Assembly: GCA_025558095.1 (NCBI GenBank)
Contig: JAIVFI010000002.1
Coordinates: 186,001 to 250,000, forward strand
Direction of reading: 5' to 3'
Origin: Hyaloraphidium curvatum SAG 235-1
Lineage: Eukaryota > Fungi > Monoblepharomycota
Length of the DNA: 64,000 nt
Shown: piece by piece, positions 23,485-34,705 of the stretch
Position numbering within the stretch: position 1 is the first letter of the stretch
Layout: each line of letters begins with the position of its first letter
Translations under genes and position numbers: made by a program
Notes under the pieces: model-generated
Database searches by the model: none
Told to the model about the DNA's origin: nothing
What the model saw: only the letters and a program-made list of their open reading frames with translations

Positions 23485-24675
23485 ATGTGCGGGGGCGCCG
23501 TCCACTCTGCTGCAGACGCCCCGCGTGTCGCCGGGCAGGCGGACGCGGCGCCGGGCGCGCCCCGCGTGCTCGTCGTCATCGGCACGCGGCCCGAGGCAAT
23601 CAAGCTCGCGCCCGTTGTCGACGCCCTCCGCGCCTCGCCGCTCGCGGTCGACGTGGTCGCCAGCGGGCAGCACACGGACCTGCTCGACGCCGCGCTGGCG
23701 CCGTTCGGCATTTGCCCCGACCACCGCCTGGCGCTGCCCGCCGCGCGCGACCTCTCGGACCTCACCGCAGGCATCCTGCTCGGCATGCGGTCCATCCTCG
23801 CCGCGAGACCCTACGCCTTTGTCGTCGTACAGGGCGACACGACCACCGCGCTGGCCGCGGGCCTTGCCGCGTTCTATGCCCGGATCCCGCTCGCGCACGT
23901 CGAGGGTGGCCTGCGCACCTCCACGCCGCACTCCCCCTTCCCCGAGGAAGCAAACCGCCGCATGGTGTCGCGCATGGCGGCCCTGCACTTCGTCCCCACC
24001 GAGAGCGGCCGCGCAAACCTCCTGGCCGAGGGCACCGATCCCTCGACCGTGCACATCACGGGCAACACCGCCGTGGATGCCTTCTCGCGGACACTTCCCC
24101 TCGTGCGCTCCCTCTCCAGCCAGTACTCTTCCCGCTTTCCCTTCCTGGACCCGGCAAAGCGGCTCGTCCTCGTCACCGGCCACCGCCGCGAGAACCACGG
24201 CGCCGGCCTGGAGGGCATCTGCACCGCTGCGCTCGCCCTGGCTTCCCGGGGCGACGTGCAGGTCGCCTTCACCCTGCACCCGAACCCGCACGTCCGCGGG
24301 CCCGCCGCGGCGATGCTCGCCGGCGCCCCCGACGTCCACACCTTGGAACCGCAGGACTACCGCTCCTTCGTCTACCTGATGTCGCGCTCCTCGCTCATCC
24401 TCACGGACTCGGGCGGGATCCAGGAGGAAGCGCCGCTGCTCGGCATCCCCGTGCTGGTGCTCCGCGAGGAGACGGAGCGGCACGAGGCAGTCGAGGGCGG
24501 CACCGCGAGGGTGGTGGGCACGGACGCTGGGCGGATCGCGGCCGAGGCGGGGAGGCTGCTGGACGATGCGGAGGCGTACGCGGTGGCGGCGAGGGTGCAC
24601 AGCCCGTTCGGAGACGGCAGGGCGGCGGGGAGGATCGCCGAGGTGCTCTGCGGGTACCTTGCAAAGGCCGCCTGA
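23485..24675 (+). CDS. wecB: UDP-N-acetylglucosamine 2-epimerase (non-hydrolysing), bacterial type, intronless
   Basis: GTRPEAIKLAPV, GQH, VQGDTTT, HVEGGLRT, PFPEEANR, TGNTAVD, TGHRREN, HPNP, LTDSGGIQEEAP, VLREETER and PFGDGRA. Confidence 0.96.
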   Translation: MCGGAVHSAADAPRVAGQADAAPGAPRVLVVIGTRPEAIKLAPVVDALRASPLAVDVVASGQHTDLLDAALAPFGICPDHRLALPAARDLSDLTAGILLGMRSILAARPYAFVVVQGDTTTALAAGLAAFYARIPLAHVEGGLRTSTPHSPFPEEANRRMVSRMAALHFVPTESGRANLLAEGTDPSTVHITGNTAVDAFSRTLPLVRSLSSQYSSRFPFLDPAKRLVLVTGHRRENHGAGLEGICTAALALASRGDVQVAFTLHPNPHVRGPAAAMLAGAPDVHTLEPQDYRSFVYLMSRSSLILTDSGGIQEEAPLLGIPVLVLREETERHEAVEGGTARVVGTDAGRIAAEAGRLLDDAEAYAVAARVHSPFGDGRAAGRIAEVLCGYLAKAA

Positions 24676-24746
24676 TCGAGCTGGATGACAGTGGCTAGCA
24701 TAGAGAATGGTGTATCAACGGCATACCCATTTGCATTCCACTTGGC

Positions 24747-26018
24747 CTAGGTCACAATCAGCTCGATGGAAACGTTGTCGGGCAAGCTGTTCTCGGCCAG
24801 CAGAGCCCTCCAGATGGCGAGCTCGGCCACTTCCTGGTCGAAGTAAACATCAGGGCTCTCGACCGTATTCCGCTTTGGGGCATCGATCTCTATCCTGAGG
24901 CGCAGCTTTCCTGGGAACGTCTCCAAATCCTCGCGTAGGTCGAGGAATTCGTTTTCGTCCAGCCCCACGAGGGTAGCGCAGTGCACCTCGAGGTCCGCGA
25001 TCCCCTTAAGAAGTCCGTGAATCAGATCCCCGGTGCACAGAAGCCCAAGCCTTACCCGGCGCAGCGAATCTAGCTTGCCGAACGCGTCCCACTCTACCGG
25101 GCCTGCCGACGAATCGAAGTCGGCCCAAGCGGCCGCGGTGTCCAGCGTCATTTCCTTTGGTGCGAACGCGGGTGCCGCGCTGCGCAAAGCGAGGAGCAAC
25201 GGCCAGTCGACAAGGTGCGCCTCGGTGACTTTGGCCAGCAAGGCGGAGGGGAGCGACGCTGCGAACTCCTCGAGGTCAATGTCATCATCGTCGGAGTCCC
25301 AGGAGCTCAAAGAGACAGCTCCCAAGCCGGCGCATCGAGAGGAAAATGCAACCATCAAATCCTTCACCGGCTGGCTCCCAAATAGCACAGTCGTAACCTG
25401 CGTCGGGACTAGAGTCTCAAAGTGCCAGACACGATGGTGTTCGACATTTCTCCGAGCCATCTCGATCCACAGCTTTAGGACCCGAACCGTCTCGGCTTTC
25501 TGTGCAAATTGCAGCCAATCGGCAAGCTCACTCATGTGACGGGGCAGGCTGACCAGGTTTGAGCATCGCGAAAGCATGGTCTTTTCGAAGCGCCATATGC
25601 CCCAGCGCTCGCGGAAGCCCCGAGAAAAGACGTCCCACCGCGCGTCAAATTCCTTGACGTGCCGCAGCCTGAGATCGCACGCGTCGGCCGCGAAAGCGTC
25701 CGCCTGTTTTGAGAGCCAGGCGTGGTTGACGTGCTCGAACAGCGAGCCAGAAGCTCCCAGTACGCGCGGCACGCCGACGCCAGCCGCATCCGCGCCTTCT
25801 TTTTAAGGTAATGGGCGATGACGCAGATGATCTCGGGGGGGGAACACGGGGCCTTCTTCCTCCTCCGCTTCAATCACGTCCGCAACGCGTTCTCGGGCCA
25901 CGGAACGCGCGGATCCGGAGCGCAACTCGGCCACTTCCGCCTCGAGAAGAGAAAGCCGGGCGCGAAGCTGTGCATTCTCTTCCCGCAGCGCAACGAGCTC
26001 CTCGGATTCGTCCGACAT
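24747..26018 (-). pseudogene. Coiled-coil + F-box-like protein of a lineage-specific family, disrupted by two frameshifts
   Basis: The coiled-coil N-terminus (LVALREENAQLRARL) and the 341-aa body share one frame, separated by TAA at 25803-25805. The F-box-like PPEIICVIAHYL..LASACRAYWELL reads in a different frame. The first shift lies in a G8 run near 25835. Confidence 0.6.
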
Positions 26019-26223
26019 CGTGTCTGTAAAAGATGCGCGCTACCCACGTCCCACATCCGGCCGAAAGGTCGCGCGGCATTGCTCTTCAGTAGCATTAGAT
26101 GGACGCCTCTACGATGACCAAGATGAATTCATTTAGGCAGACTCGATGGAGCTTCCCGTCCCGTCCAAATAGTTCGGCCTTTGCACAGGCTCAGCCTTGC
26201 AAGGAACATTCAATGCAGCAGCA

Positions 26224-28364
26224 TCACCCGTGCTCCAAGCGCCTCATGTCCACCCTCACGTACCCAAACTCCCACTTCCGTGGCAGCCCCCTGAACTCGT
26301 CCTTGTACATAGCGCACCCGGCGCTGGTGTCCAGATCTAGGGCAGGGAGCACCCCGTTGCCGGTACTTGGCCCCGAAATAATCCAGGGAAAGTCTTCTTC
26401 TGCTTGCGCAGCGGCGTCGACGTGCGAGGGGTGGGAGGAGAGGACAGCGGCAAGGTTGATGATCTTGTTGTCGAACGCGGCGTCTGCGAAGCAGGCGGCA
26501 TAGTTCAGGTGACGCAGCAGCACCTCCCAGCGACGAAAAACCCACAGCACCGCGGTCCCAGGATATCATTGAAAGGCCCGAAATCCTTCCCAGGCGGAAT
26601 CAGGTCGTTCCGGGGGGACGGTGCAAGCCACGGCGACCTTCCTCCCGCGCAGTAATCGCATTCGCTCTCCTGGTCTCTTGTGTAGTTGTTCCTTCTCATC
26701 GCCCTCGCCACGTCGCCGTGCCCGCGGATGCCGGCCTGCGCGGACGCGAGCAGCTTGGCGCGCGCGGTGGCGTCGGCGGAGTACTGCTGGTCCGCCGTCC
26801 TCTTGCCGAGGGTGTCGCGGGTCCACTCCCAGTTGCGCTCGATCCCGCACGCGGCGCGCATTGAAGGGTGGTGCGCCGTGTTCCAGCCACCCCACCAGCG
26901 GCGTGCGCGGATGGCCTCGGTGAGGTCCATCTGCATGCTCGGCGCAGGAGATGAGCTGGTTCCAAAGGCAGAACCCAAAGAGACGCTCGACCCACCCATA
27001 CGGTCCCGTTCGGCATCTCGTCCACGAGCGTCACCGTGCCTTTTGGGACCAGACCCTCCTTGGACCCCTTGTCCTGCCTCTGCACAACCCTCCTCTTCGC
27101 GAACCTGCCGTAGTCAACGACCAAGTACTCGTTCAGCCCCGTCCCGCTCCCCAAGCCCGCAGCATCGAACCACCGGACCCACTCCTCCCCGTTCCGTGCT
27201 ACCCTCGACGCGGCGGCGATTCGCAGGAAGGTCCACAGCCTTTCGGGGGTCGCCGTGCGGGCGCGGAAGGGCGCGTCAGAGAGACACAAAAGGGTGGTGC
27301 TGGTGACGGCAAGGAGTGACGGGTGAGAGACGGAAAAGTCGTCCGAGGAGAACACCAGGCCGGGGTAGCCCGAGAAGGTGATGGTAGCCGGAACGCCCCC
27401 GCGGCGGGCGAGGAAAGGGAAATGGTAGCGGGCAAACTTGCGGGTCATTTGGGTAAGCACGTCGTTGGCCTGCTCGGACGACCGCGACGCGGTGAGAGGA
27501 CAGCAAGCCGGGCCACTCGCGTCGCGAACCCACATTGTGGGAGACGAACAAGTCACTCCCGTCCTCGAGCGGCTTGACCATCATCGTGCAGTGGTCTCGA
27601 GGCGCTGTTCCTCTGGGGCGGCCCGATGAGCCCGAAAGCAATCCGATTGTCTTGTTGCACTGGATGGGATCCAGGATACAGTTGAGATGGTCACCGTCCG
27701 CGGCGAGGAGGTTGAGTCTGAGCACGTCATGCGCCGACAGCGGCCCTTCGCCCGCGGCTTCGTCGCGGCGGGCATTGTATCCGTCGCTCATCCCGTCGAT
27801 CTGCAGCAGCAGATATCGGACCTGCTCGAAAATCTTGTCCCGGAACGACCCTTTCCCCGAAGCGAGCCGATCCCGGGCGTCGGGGTCGCGCATCTCGCGC
27901 CGCATCCAGTCAAGGTTGGACGCGACGAAGGCCGCCTGTTCCGCGGGCAGCTCGTCCCCGGCGGCCGAATTGAGGTAGTGCATCCACAGGCGGGCGTGCG
28001 TTGCGGCGCCCTCGGCGTAGCCGGCGGCGTAGGCCTGCTCGTCGGGCTCTGCCTTTGGCGAAGTTTCGACGTTGAGGAACGACCATCCCACGAGGTCGAT
28101 CTCGTCCGCGTAGCCCGCGTAGGCGAGGGGCCTGAACCCCCGACTGTCCTTCCAAAGCGGCTCATCATGCCAGCGCACGTCCGCTCGCTTCGGCGGCGCC
28201 TCAAAGACCGCGAGTCGTTCGCGAGTTGCACCGCCGGCCGGCTTTGCGACAATAATCGCAACCGCACGGGACCGCGGGTCGCCGCGAGGCAGCGGGTGGA
28301 TAGGTGGCAATGCAGTCGCTGCGATTGGCAGCAGTAGCACGACGAGCCCAGCTAGCGCCCTCAT
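26224..28364 (-). CDS. Phospholipase B-like (PLBD/LAMA family Ntn-hydrolase), multi-exon
   Basis: Signal peptide, GWSFLNVET, QAYAAGYAEG, HCTMMVK..DLFVSHN, FSGYPGLVFSSDDF, SGTGLNEYLVVDY, MRRNNY, PRNDL and AAFDNK. Confidence 0.9.
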
Positions 28365-28467
28365 CCCGCCGAGATGGAGCCAGCGTGCGGAGCGCGGCAA
28401 GGGATCGCGATCGCGCAAACCGTAAACAGTATCGACGCGCGGCGCGGCCGGCGCCTTAGGGCACGCA

Positions 28468-28970
28468 ATGGACCTCCGCCACTTCACGAAGATTGCAGCG
28501 GAGTTTGCGCCGCGCGACGTGACGGCCAAGTCGCTGCGGTCGGTGGTGGCGTGTGCCCCCGGCGGCGCTGCCTGACCCAACCTCGTCCGCCCACCACACC
28601 AGCAACTTCCTGCTGCAGGTCAACACCGACAAGAAAAAGGCGGCGAGTCCACAGCTCAAGTTCGACGTCAAGGTGTCGGATTCCGTGCCGAAGCCGATGT
28701 TGGCGGTCACCTATCGTGGGTCCCCGAACGCGTCGTGACCGCGCGGCTTGTCTCACGATCCGCGCCGCCCTCGCCCCTCCAATCACCTCTCTTGCTTGCG
28801 CAATCTGCGTGCCGTTTTGCGCCGTCATTCCGGTCTATGTAACGTCCTCAGGCGACGGCAAGTCCCTGAGCTGGAGCACGGCCTACATGACCACGCCGGA
28901 AATCTCCAAGGACTTTTGGCGGCACGCGAAGAAGCTTCTGGACGAGGAGGAAGCGAAAGCGGCGCAGTGA
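28468..28970 (+). CDS. MRPL44: Mitochondrial large-subunit ribosomal protein mL53
   Basis: Splicing introns 28539-28602 and 28716-28851 gives MDLRHFTKIAAEFAPRDVTAKSLRNFL..KPMLAVTYRDGKSL..EISKDFWRHAKKL, which matches the yeast Mrpl44 pattern as I recall it. The ORF track does not show it as one ORF. Confidence 0.8.
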
Positions 28971-29250
28971 GGCAGGCGTCGCTCGGCGTCGCCCGGCATG
29001 GAGACCGGGGCACAGAGACTCTATACCCAAGAACGCTAGTACCATTTCGTCATCCGTCCGGGGAGTTCTCGATCGGATCTGGTTCGGTTCGGTCTGTCTT
29101 GGGCCAGCATTCTTCGACACGACAGAAAAGGGTGCTACGGGTTCCGATCCCAAAACGAACAACTCCACTCCCCGTCAACTCCTGCACTATCTTCGAAAGC
29201 GGTACGATACCTCCGAGGGCCCAGAACTCGCGCTGGCTCCCAATTGCGGC

Positions 29251-31065
29251 CTACGTGTTCACCACCACGTGGCCAGATGCCGCCCTCATCCAGTCCTCCA
29301 GCGTGGGCAGCCATTCGGCGATGCCACGGTCCAGCTGTCCGAGAGCTTTGGAGAGGGACCACAGGGGCGAGGTCGGATCCAAGCTTTCGGGGCCTGCAAA
29401 AGGGGCGTGAGGCTCGCCTTGTCCATTTTCGGACACCGGTGTTTCCGGAAAGTCGTTGGGAAGGGCGCCGACCGCGCGCGCCGCGCGCAGGAAGTCCGCG
29501 GCGATCTTGGCCATGTTTGGCGCCTTGCCGCCCATGCTCGCGAGCACTCTCGCGATGACCTGCACATTCCGCCTCAGCCGCTCCGCCGCAAATGCCGCGG
29601 CAGGGTCGGAGCGGATGGCGTCAAAGAGCGCGAGGCTGATAACCCCGACCCGGACGCCATGAACGCCGATGCTGGGGTGTAGCCAAGGAATGTCCTCCTC
29701 CCTCAAGTTCTCCAGCAGCTCGCTTATCGTTTGAGCGCGATCCATAACGCGCAGGAACGTCGGCGACTCAAAGAAACCCAGCACGGCCGAAGCGGGTGGC
29801 GGTCCCTGCTGAGCATCGGCAGCGGCCTCGAGCCAAGTCGAAAAGACAACAAGCGACATCGCGAAGACGACGTGGGCATGACCCGGGTGTACGAAGCAGG
29901 GTGCCGATAGGAAAGGCACGGGATTCCCCGCGAGCATGGCACCGCTCACTGCCTCGGGCATGGCTTCCACGAAACAGCGCACGACCGCGTCGGCGAGGTC
30001 CAATCCGCCGCAGTATGTGACTTCGTCGGCCGTCAGCTGGTCGCGGGGTTTGCAGATGATGGTTAACGGGTTCACTTCGCGCTCGCGCGCGAATACTCGG
30101 AGCTTGCTGCGCAGGCTCCTCGAGAAACCTTGCGGCCCAAAGATGGCCACGCAGCTTGCCTGGCCAGAGAATATGGCTCTGACAATGCGCCGGATGGGTC
30201 CGCTCGCGACCTCGGCCGTCGGTATCGCAGCAAAAGCAGAAATGTCGGCAAAGCGGCCCGGTCCGAAGGCCCCGGCAGCCCGGAGGGAATCGAACGCCGC
30301 CTGGGGGTCCGGATGGTCGAAAAACCTCTCGTGCGCCGGCAGCGGCACAGGGCACGCCGTGGCGTCGAATAGCGCCTTTTCCCCGAACCAGGAAGAAATG
30401 CCGTTGTCGAGGCCGCTGAACACGCACCAGCAGCGGAGCGCCGAGTCCGCCCGAATCCATTCCTCCGCCGTCCTGGGCTCCCTCACTGCGGCAGAGAAAC
30501 GTCCCGAATCGTCCAGGCACAGGGAAGCGAGTGCGGCACGGCCAGCAACCAGGAGTTGGGGCACCGACTCTGGTATGGTCCGGAAGAGTGCCACGAAGAG
30601 AAGCAGAACCACGGTCTGCGCCGCCTCCAAAGGGTCGTCCAAGCCTGCCAATACCATGTCCTTGGAAGCTGTGGCACAAGCACGCGCCAGGGCGATTTCT
30701 GAAGTGCCGCTGGCTGCCATCGCCAGCACAAGCGCCTTCGGAGGCGAAGCCAGAGTTGTCCGGTGAACAATGGGGGGAGTAGCGCCCGCCGCGACGAAAG
30801 CAGCCACCGCCTCCACCACGCCGGCGAAAACAGCACCCTCACCGAGCGCCGGCGGCTCCGAAGCGGGCGACTCGGGAGCAAAGTCGCAACTCCGGCCCGT
30901 CTTCGCGCAGCGGAGGCACGGGCCCGGCTCGGGACCAGGTTCGCACCGCTTTTTGTCTGAGTAGCAACTCGCACATGACTTCCTCGTGACGTGGCTGCGC
31001 TTCTCCATGGCAGCGGCGGCGGCTCGAGGGGTCGAGCGGGGGGTAGCGCCCGGGGCATCGGCCAA
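29251..31065 (-). CDS. Zn(II)2Cys6 fungal transcription factor
   Basis: Six-Cys cluster CASCYSDKKRCEPGPEPGPCLRCAKTGRSC. Middle region has PIVHRTT, EEWIRADSALRCW and VPLPAHERFF. Confidence 0.88.
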   Translation of the reverse strand: MADAPGATPRSTPRAAAAAMEKRSHVTRKSCASCYSDKKRCEPGPEPGPCLRCAKTGRSCDFAPESPASEPPALGEGAVFAGVVEAVAAFVAAGATPPIVHRTTLASPPKALVLAMAASGTSEIALARACATASKDMVLAGLDDPLEAAQTVVLLLFVALFRTIPESVPQLLVAGRAALASLCLDDSGRFSAAVREPRTAEEWIRADSALRCWCVFSGLDNGISSWFGEKALFDATACPVPLPAHERFFDHPDPQAAFDSLRAAGAFGPGRFADISAFAAIPTAEVASGPIRRIVRAIFSGQASCVAIFGPQGFSRSLRSKLRVFAREREVNPLTIICKPRDQLTADEVTYCGGLDLADAVVRCFVEAMPEAVSGAMLAGNPVPFLSAPCFVHPGHAHVVFAMSLVVFSTWLEAAADAQQGPPPASAVLGFFESPTFLRVMDRAQTISELLENLREEDIPWLHPSIGVHGVRVGVISLALFDAIRSDPAAAFAAERLRRNVQVIARVLASMGGKAPNMAKIAADFLRAARAVGALPNDFPETPVSENGQGEPHAPFAGPESLDPTSPLWSLSKALGQLDRGIAEWLPTLEDWMRAASGHVVVNT

Positions 31066-31276
31066 CGATCAGAGTTCCAGGCCCCCCGCCCCCCGGCCAC
31101 TCGGCATCGCGCTCGCAAGGTCAGCCACCAACGATCGCTAGGATCAGAAGAATGGATCGCAGATTCTATAGCACTCTTGAGAAACAGCAATACACGAGGC
31201 AACACGCAAGTCCCAGTTCAACTTCCATCAGAATCCGGCCCAGCGGGATCCACGCCGCATGGCCTCACAGTCCCAA

Positions 31277-34200
31277 TCATCCCGGCAACGCCGAAGCCGA
31301 CGCCCCCTCGCTCCCAGCATCCACCGCGGTCCGCATGTCCACGCTCGAAGGGACCTCCAAGAGCTGGAACTCCTCCTCCGCGGCAGACCCCGACGACACC
31401 GCCGTCCCGCTCCCCAAGTCGTCGCTGAGCAGCCTGCGGTGTCCCATTCCAGCCATCCGCGCCGACGAGAATCTGGGGTCCACGCGAGCCAGCGGCGGCA
31501 GCCCGTCCTCGACAGCACCCGATGGAGCAGCCACCCCGACGGGGGCATCCAGTGTCCGCAGGGGCACCCCGCCCTCGGGATCCCACGCATAAGTACTCGC
31601 CGCGTCGCCGGCCGAACCCGCGGGCTCCTGCGATGGTGGCGCCGGCCCAGTGGCGACCACCACGAGTCTCTCTCCGGTGTTGCCCGCACGACGGCCCATG
31701 AACCGCAAGCTGGTCACAACCCTCGCGGCTGCAAGCGCCGCCGCGAGCCGGGCGTCGATCCCATCCTCCCCCTCGGCGGGGCGCGGCGCGTGCGGGACGC
31801 CGTCGGGAACCTCCGATGCCGAGGCCCCGCCGCCCTCGCCGGCTTCCTCCTTGACGGCCGGGTGCGTCTTCTTCCCAAACCTGTTGCCGCGCAGGTACCA
31901 CACGCCGAGCCCGATCGCGGTCCCCACCACGAGCGCCATGACCACGATGATCAATCCAAAAGTGAAGTTGCTCACGCCGGCGATGATCTGTCCCGAGATC
32001 GGGTCAGGCGGCGGCGGCGTATATGGGGAGCCGTAGGCGGCTGCGCCAAGGAGAATCTGGTTGGGAGGCCACACCAGCGACGGTAGTGCCGCCGGCCCGC
32101 CCGCCGGCTCGGGTGCCGCGATCGAGGATAGAACCGACCACGCCCTCAGACCCGGGAGCATCGTCCCGTTTGCACCGCACGGAGCCGACGCAACAGTCCA
32201 ACTCCCGCCCGGCGCGGCCAGTACCATCGTGACATTCCCCGGAGCCCGCGTGGAGTTGAGCACCAGGAGCGACCCTGGTTCGGGGCGGCACGGCAGGAAT
32301 GGACGGTACCCCAGCTGCGTCCCAGACGAGGCGTCAGCGACCACCAGGCCGCCGCCGATGCAGAGCCCGAGCGCGTAATCCGAGGCAAAAAGCACCGCGG
32401 GGATGCCGGGAGGCGAGTTGGGGCGGATGTCGGCTAGTGAACGTTCCCATAAGAGCCGCCACGGGCCAGGAGTCGCGGAGGCGTTGAGCCAGAGGAGGCG
32501 GAGAACGCCGTCGTCCAGCGAGTACAGCAGCGTTTGCTCGCTGGCCGCAGCGTCGGCTGTGATGTTGCCTAGGGCTTCAACGGTGATATTCCGTGCTGCC
32601 GGCACCAGCTCCGCATCGGAAGAATAGCCTGGCGGCGAGGAAGTGGACCCAACAGGCAGGCCGCTGCTGTTAAAGGCACCGGGCGCGAGGTCCGCCCAGT
32701 GAAGCGCCGTGATGCCGGCGGACGAATAGAAGGCAAACAACTGTCCTGCCGGCGGGGTGTCATTCCGCGCCTCGGGAACGGGATCCAAGACCTGCCAACG
32801 CTCCAGGGTGGCAGGTAGAGGCAATGGGCGGCACTCGGCGACGATCCGTGCCGGTGGCGAGTTGGAGTCCGCCAGGGCGCGGAAATGCGCTGCTGCGGCA
32901 GCAGAAAGATCGAAACTTGCCAAGCATGGTGCGCCGGTACTGCGATTGCGGGACGGGGCAAACAAGAAGGCGCCGTCGGGGGAGAGCTGCGGCCGGAGCG
33001 TCGAGCCGCGGAAGTAGGGCCGAGACTGGTCGGGAGAAGGGAAGTAGGCGTCGGGATATTCGACAAGCGACACGGTCGTCGAGTTTGTCCCGTTAGAAGT
33101 GTTGGTGGTCACCGGGATCCAGGCCTGCTGGAGCACCGGCACGAAGAACGAGCCCCCCGCAGCGGGGCTAGGAAACCCTTCCGCAGATGGCACGAACCAC
33201 GTCGAAAAACTGCCCGTGCCCCGCTCATGGAGAGAAACGGCCAAGGTTTCCCTCGCCCGGCCGCCTAGAAGGAGGCTGCTCCCGTTGGAGTCGAGGGGGC
33301 CGAACTGCCGCGGCAGGTCCAGCTGCCACGACAGTTGGCCGCGGTTATTCACCGCGACGAGCTTCACAAATGTCCGCGTCTCGTTGACGAAGACGCCGGG
33401 TACTGCCGGAGCCCGCAGCGACCCAGTCGAGTTCGTAGCGTTGGCGTCCGCAGGGAAAGCAAATGAGGCGAGGTCCGACTTTGCCAGCGAGGATGGGATT
33501 TCGAGAGTCCAGGAGCCGTTGGCGTAGTCCGCTCGCAGGTTGACGCCGCGGTAGGGTACCGTCAGGTCCGAGGCCTCGAGGTCCACGACCACGGCGTTTC
33601 GCCCCTTCGGCACCTCCAGACCTTCCGGATTCGGCACCCGCGTGAAATTCAAGGTGATCCTGGCCACCGAGAGCGTCCCCCCTGGTAGCACGAAGGTCGT
33701 CCCGTTGGACGCGGTGAGGAGCAGCCCGACGTCCAGAGAGGTCCCTTCCACCATGAGCCCCTCGCCGTCCCGCAGACCACCATTGCCGTCCAAAGACAGG
33801 CCCCAGGACCATCTTGTATCGTTGAGCACCGCCCCGATGGCGCGCACCGCAGTACCGACCCGGTCGACGACGGCGGGGGTCAAAACCGACCAGACAAAGT
33901 CCGCGGCCGTCGCGTTTGCCTTCGGCGGGGCGGCCGCAGGCACCGAGTAGTTCGCAGTGATGTTGGGAGAAGTGAGGTTGTATAAAAGGGGTAGGAGGCC
34001 GGCTAGAAGGCAGATTCGCGAGCGGGAAAGCCGGTCGGGGAAACGGGTTCCCGCGCAGATCAGAGGGGGTTCAGAGGCGCCCGAGGGCAGGACGGCCCGG
34101 CAAATCACCCACGTGAAGATGTCGGCACAGAGAGATGGGCGGCAAACGAGCCGAGCGCGTCGAAACCCGGCTGCGCGAAAGTCCAATCGGCGTCGGTCGG

Positions 34201-34284
34201 GGCAGCCGCGCACGGCGCGAGCAGCGCGAGAACCGCCGCGACCGCGGCCGCAGCGGCCCACCACCGCGCTCCACTCGCGGTCAT
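31277..34284 (-). CDS. Large type I membrane glycoprotein of unknown function
   Basis: A first exon MTASGARWWAAAAAVAAVLALLAPCAAA (signal peptide, ATG 34284) joins the long ORF through phase-matched intron 34003-34112. Many NxS/T sequons. TM FTFGLIIVVMALVVGTAIGLGVWYL. Confidence 0.78.
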
Positions 34285-34705
34285 CGGCCGCGGGTGGCCG
34301 ACGGGCCGGCGGCCTGGGCGGCCACTCGGTCGGAGGGCGGCCGGGCAGAGTCACTCGGGGCAAAGGCGGACCCGTTTCGCCCTGTCGTGGCGGCGGAGGG
34401 CCAACCATGCCAATCAACCGACGCCGTCTGCGCTAAATTGCCGAACGAGGCGAGAAACATGATCTTATTCATCATCGGTTTTTGCCGCTGTCCTCCTCTT
34501 CGACTCCCCTTCGCCGTGAGTTAGGACTGGCAAGGGGCACCTCGGAACGCAGCATCTGTACAATCGTACATTCGAAGAAACGAATTGAATAATGCATCAT
34601 TGCTGAGCTGCTATGGTGACCGGAGTCGGCGTGCGTGGAGCGCATTGCGTCTGGCCGTTCACTGGCGGTGAGTGAGAACTGCACAGATACGAGCTGTCCG
34701 GGCCT

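Noticed and set aside
18471-24675. Bacterial contaminant contig or intact operon as the explanation for wecB/wecC
   Set aside because: A spliced eukaryotic kinase lies between them, their order is non-operonic, no other wec/wzx/wzy genes are present, and wecB shows host-type codon polarity. Read-level confirmation is still needed.
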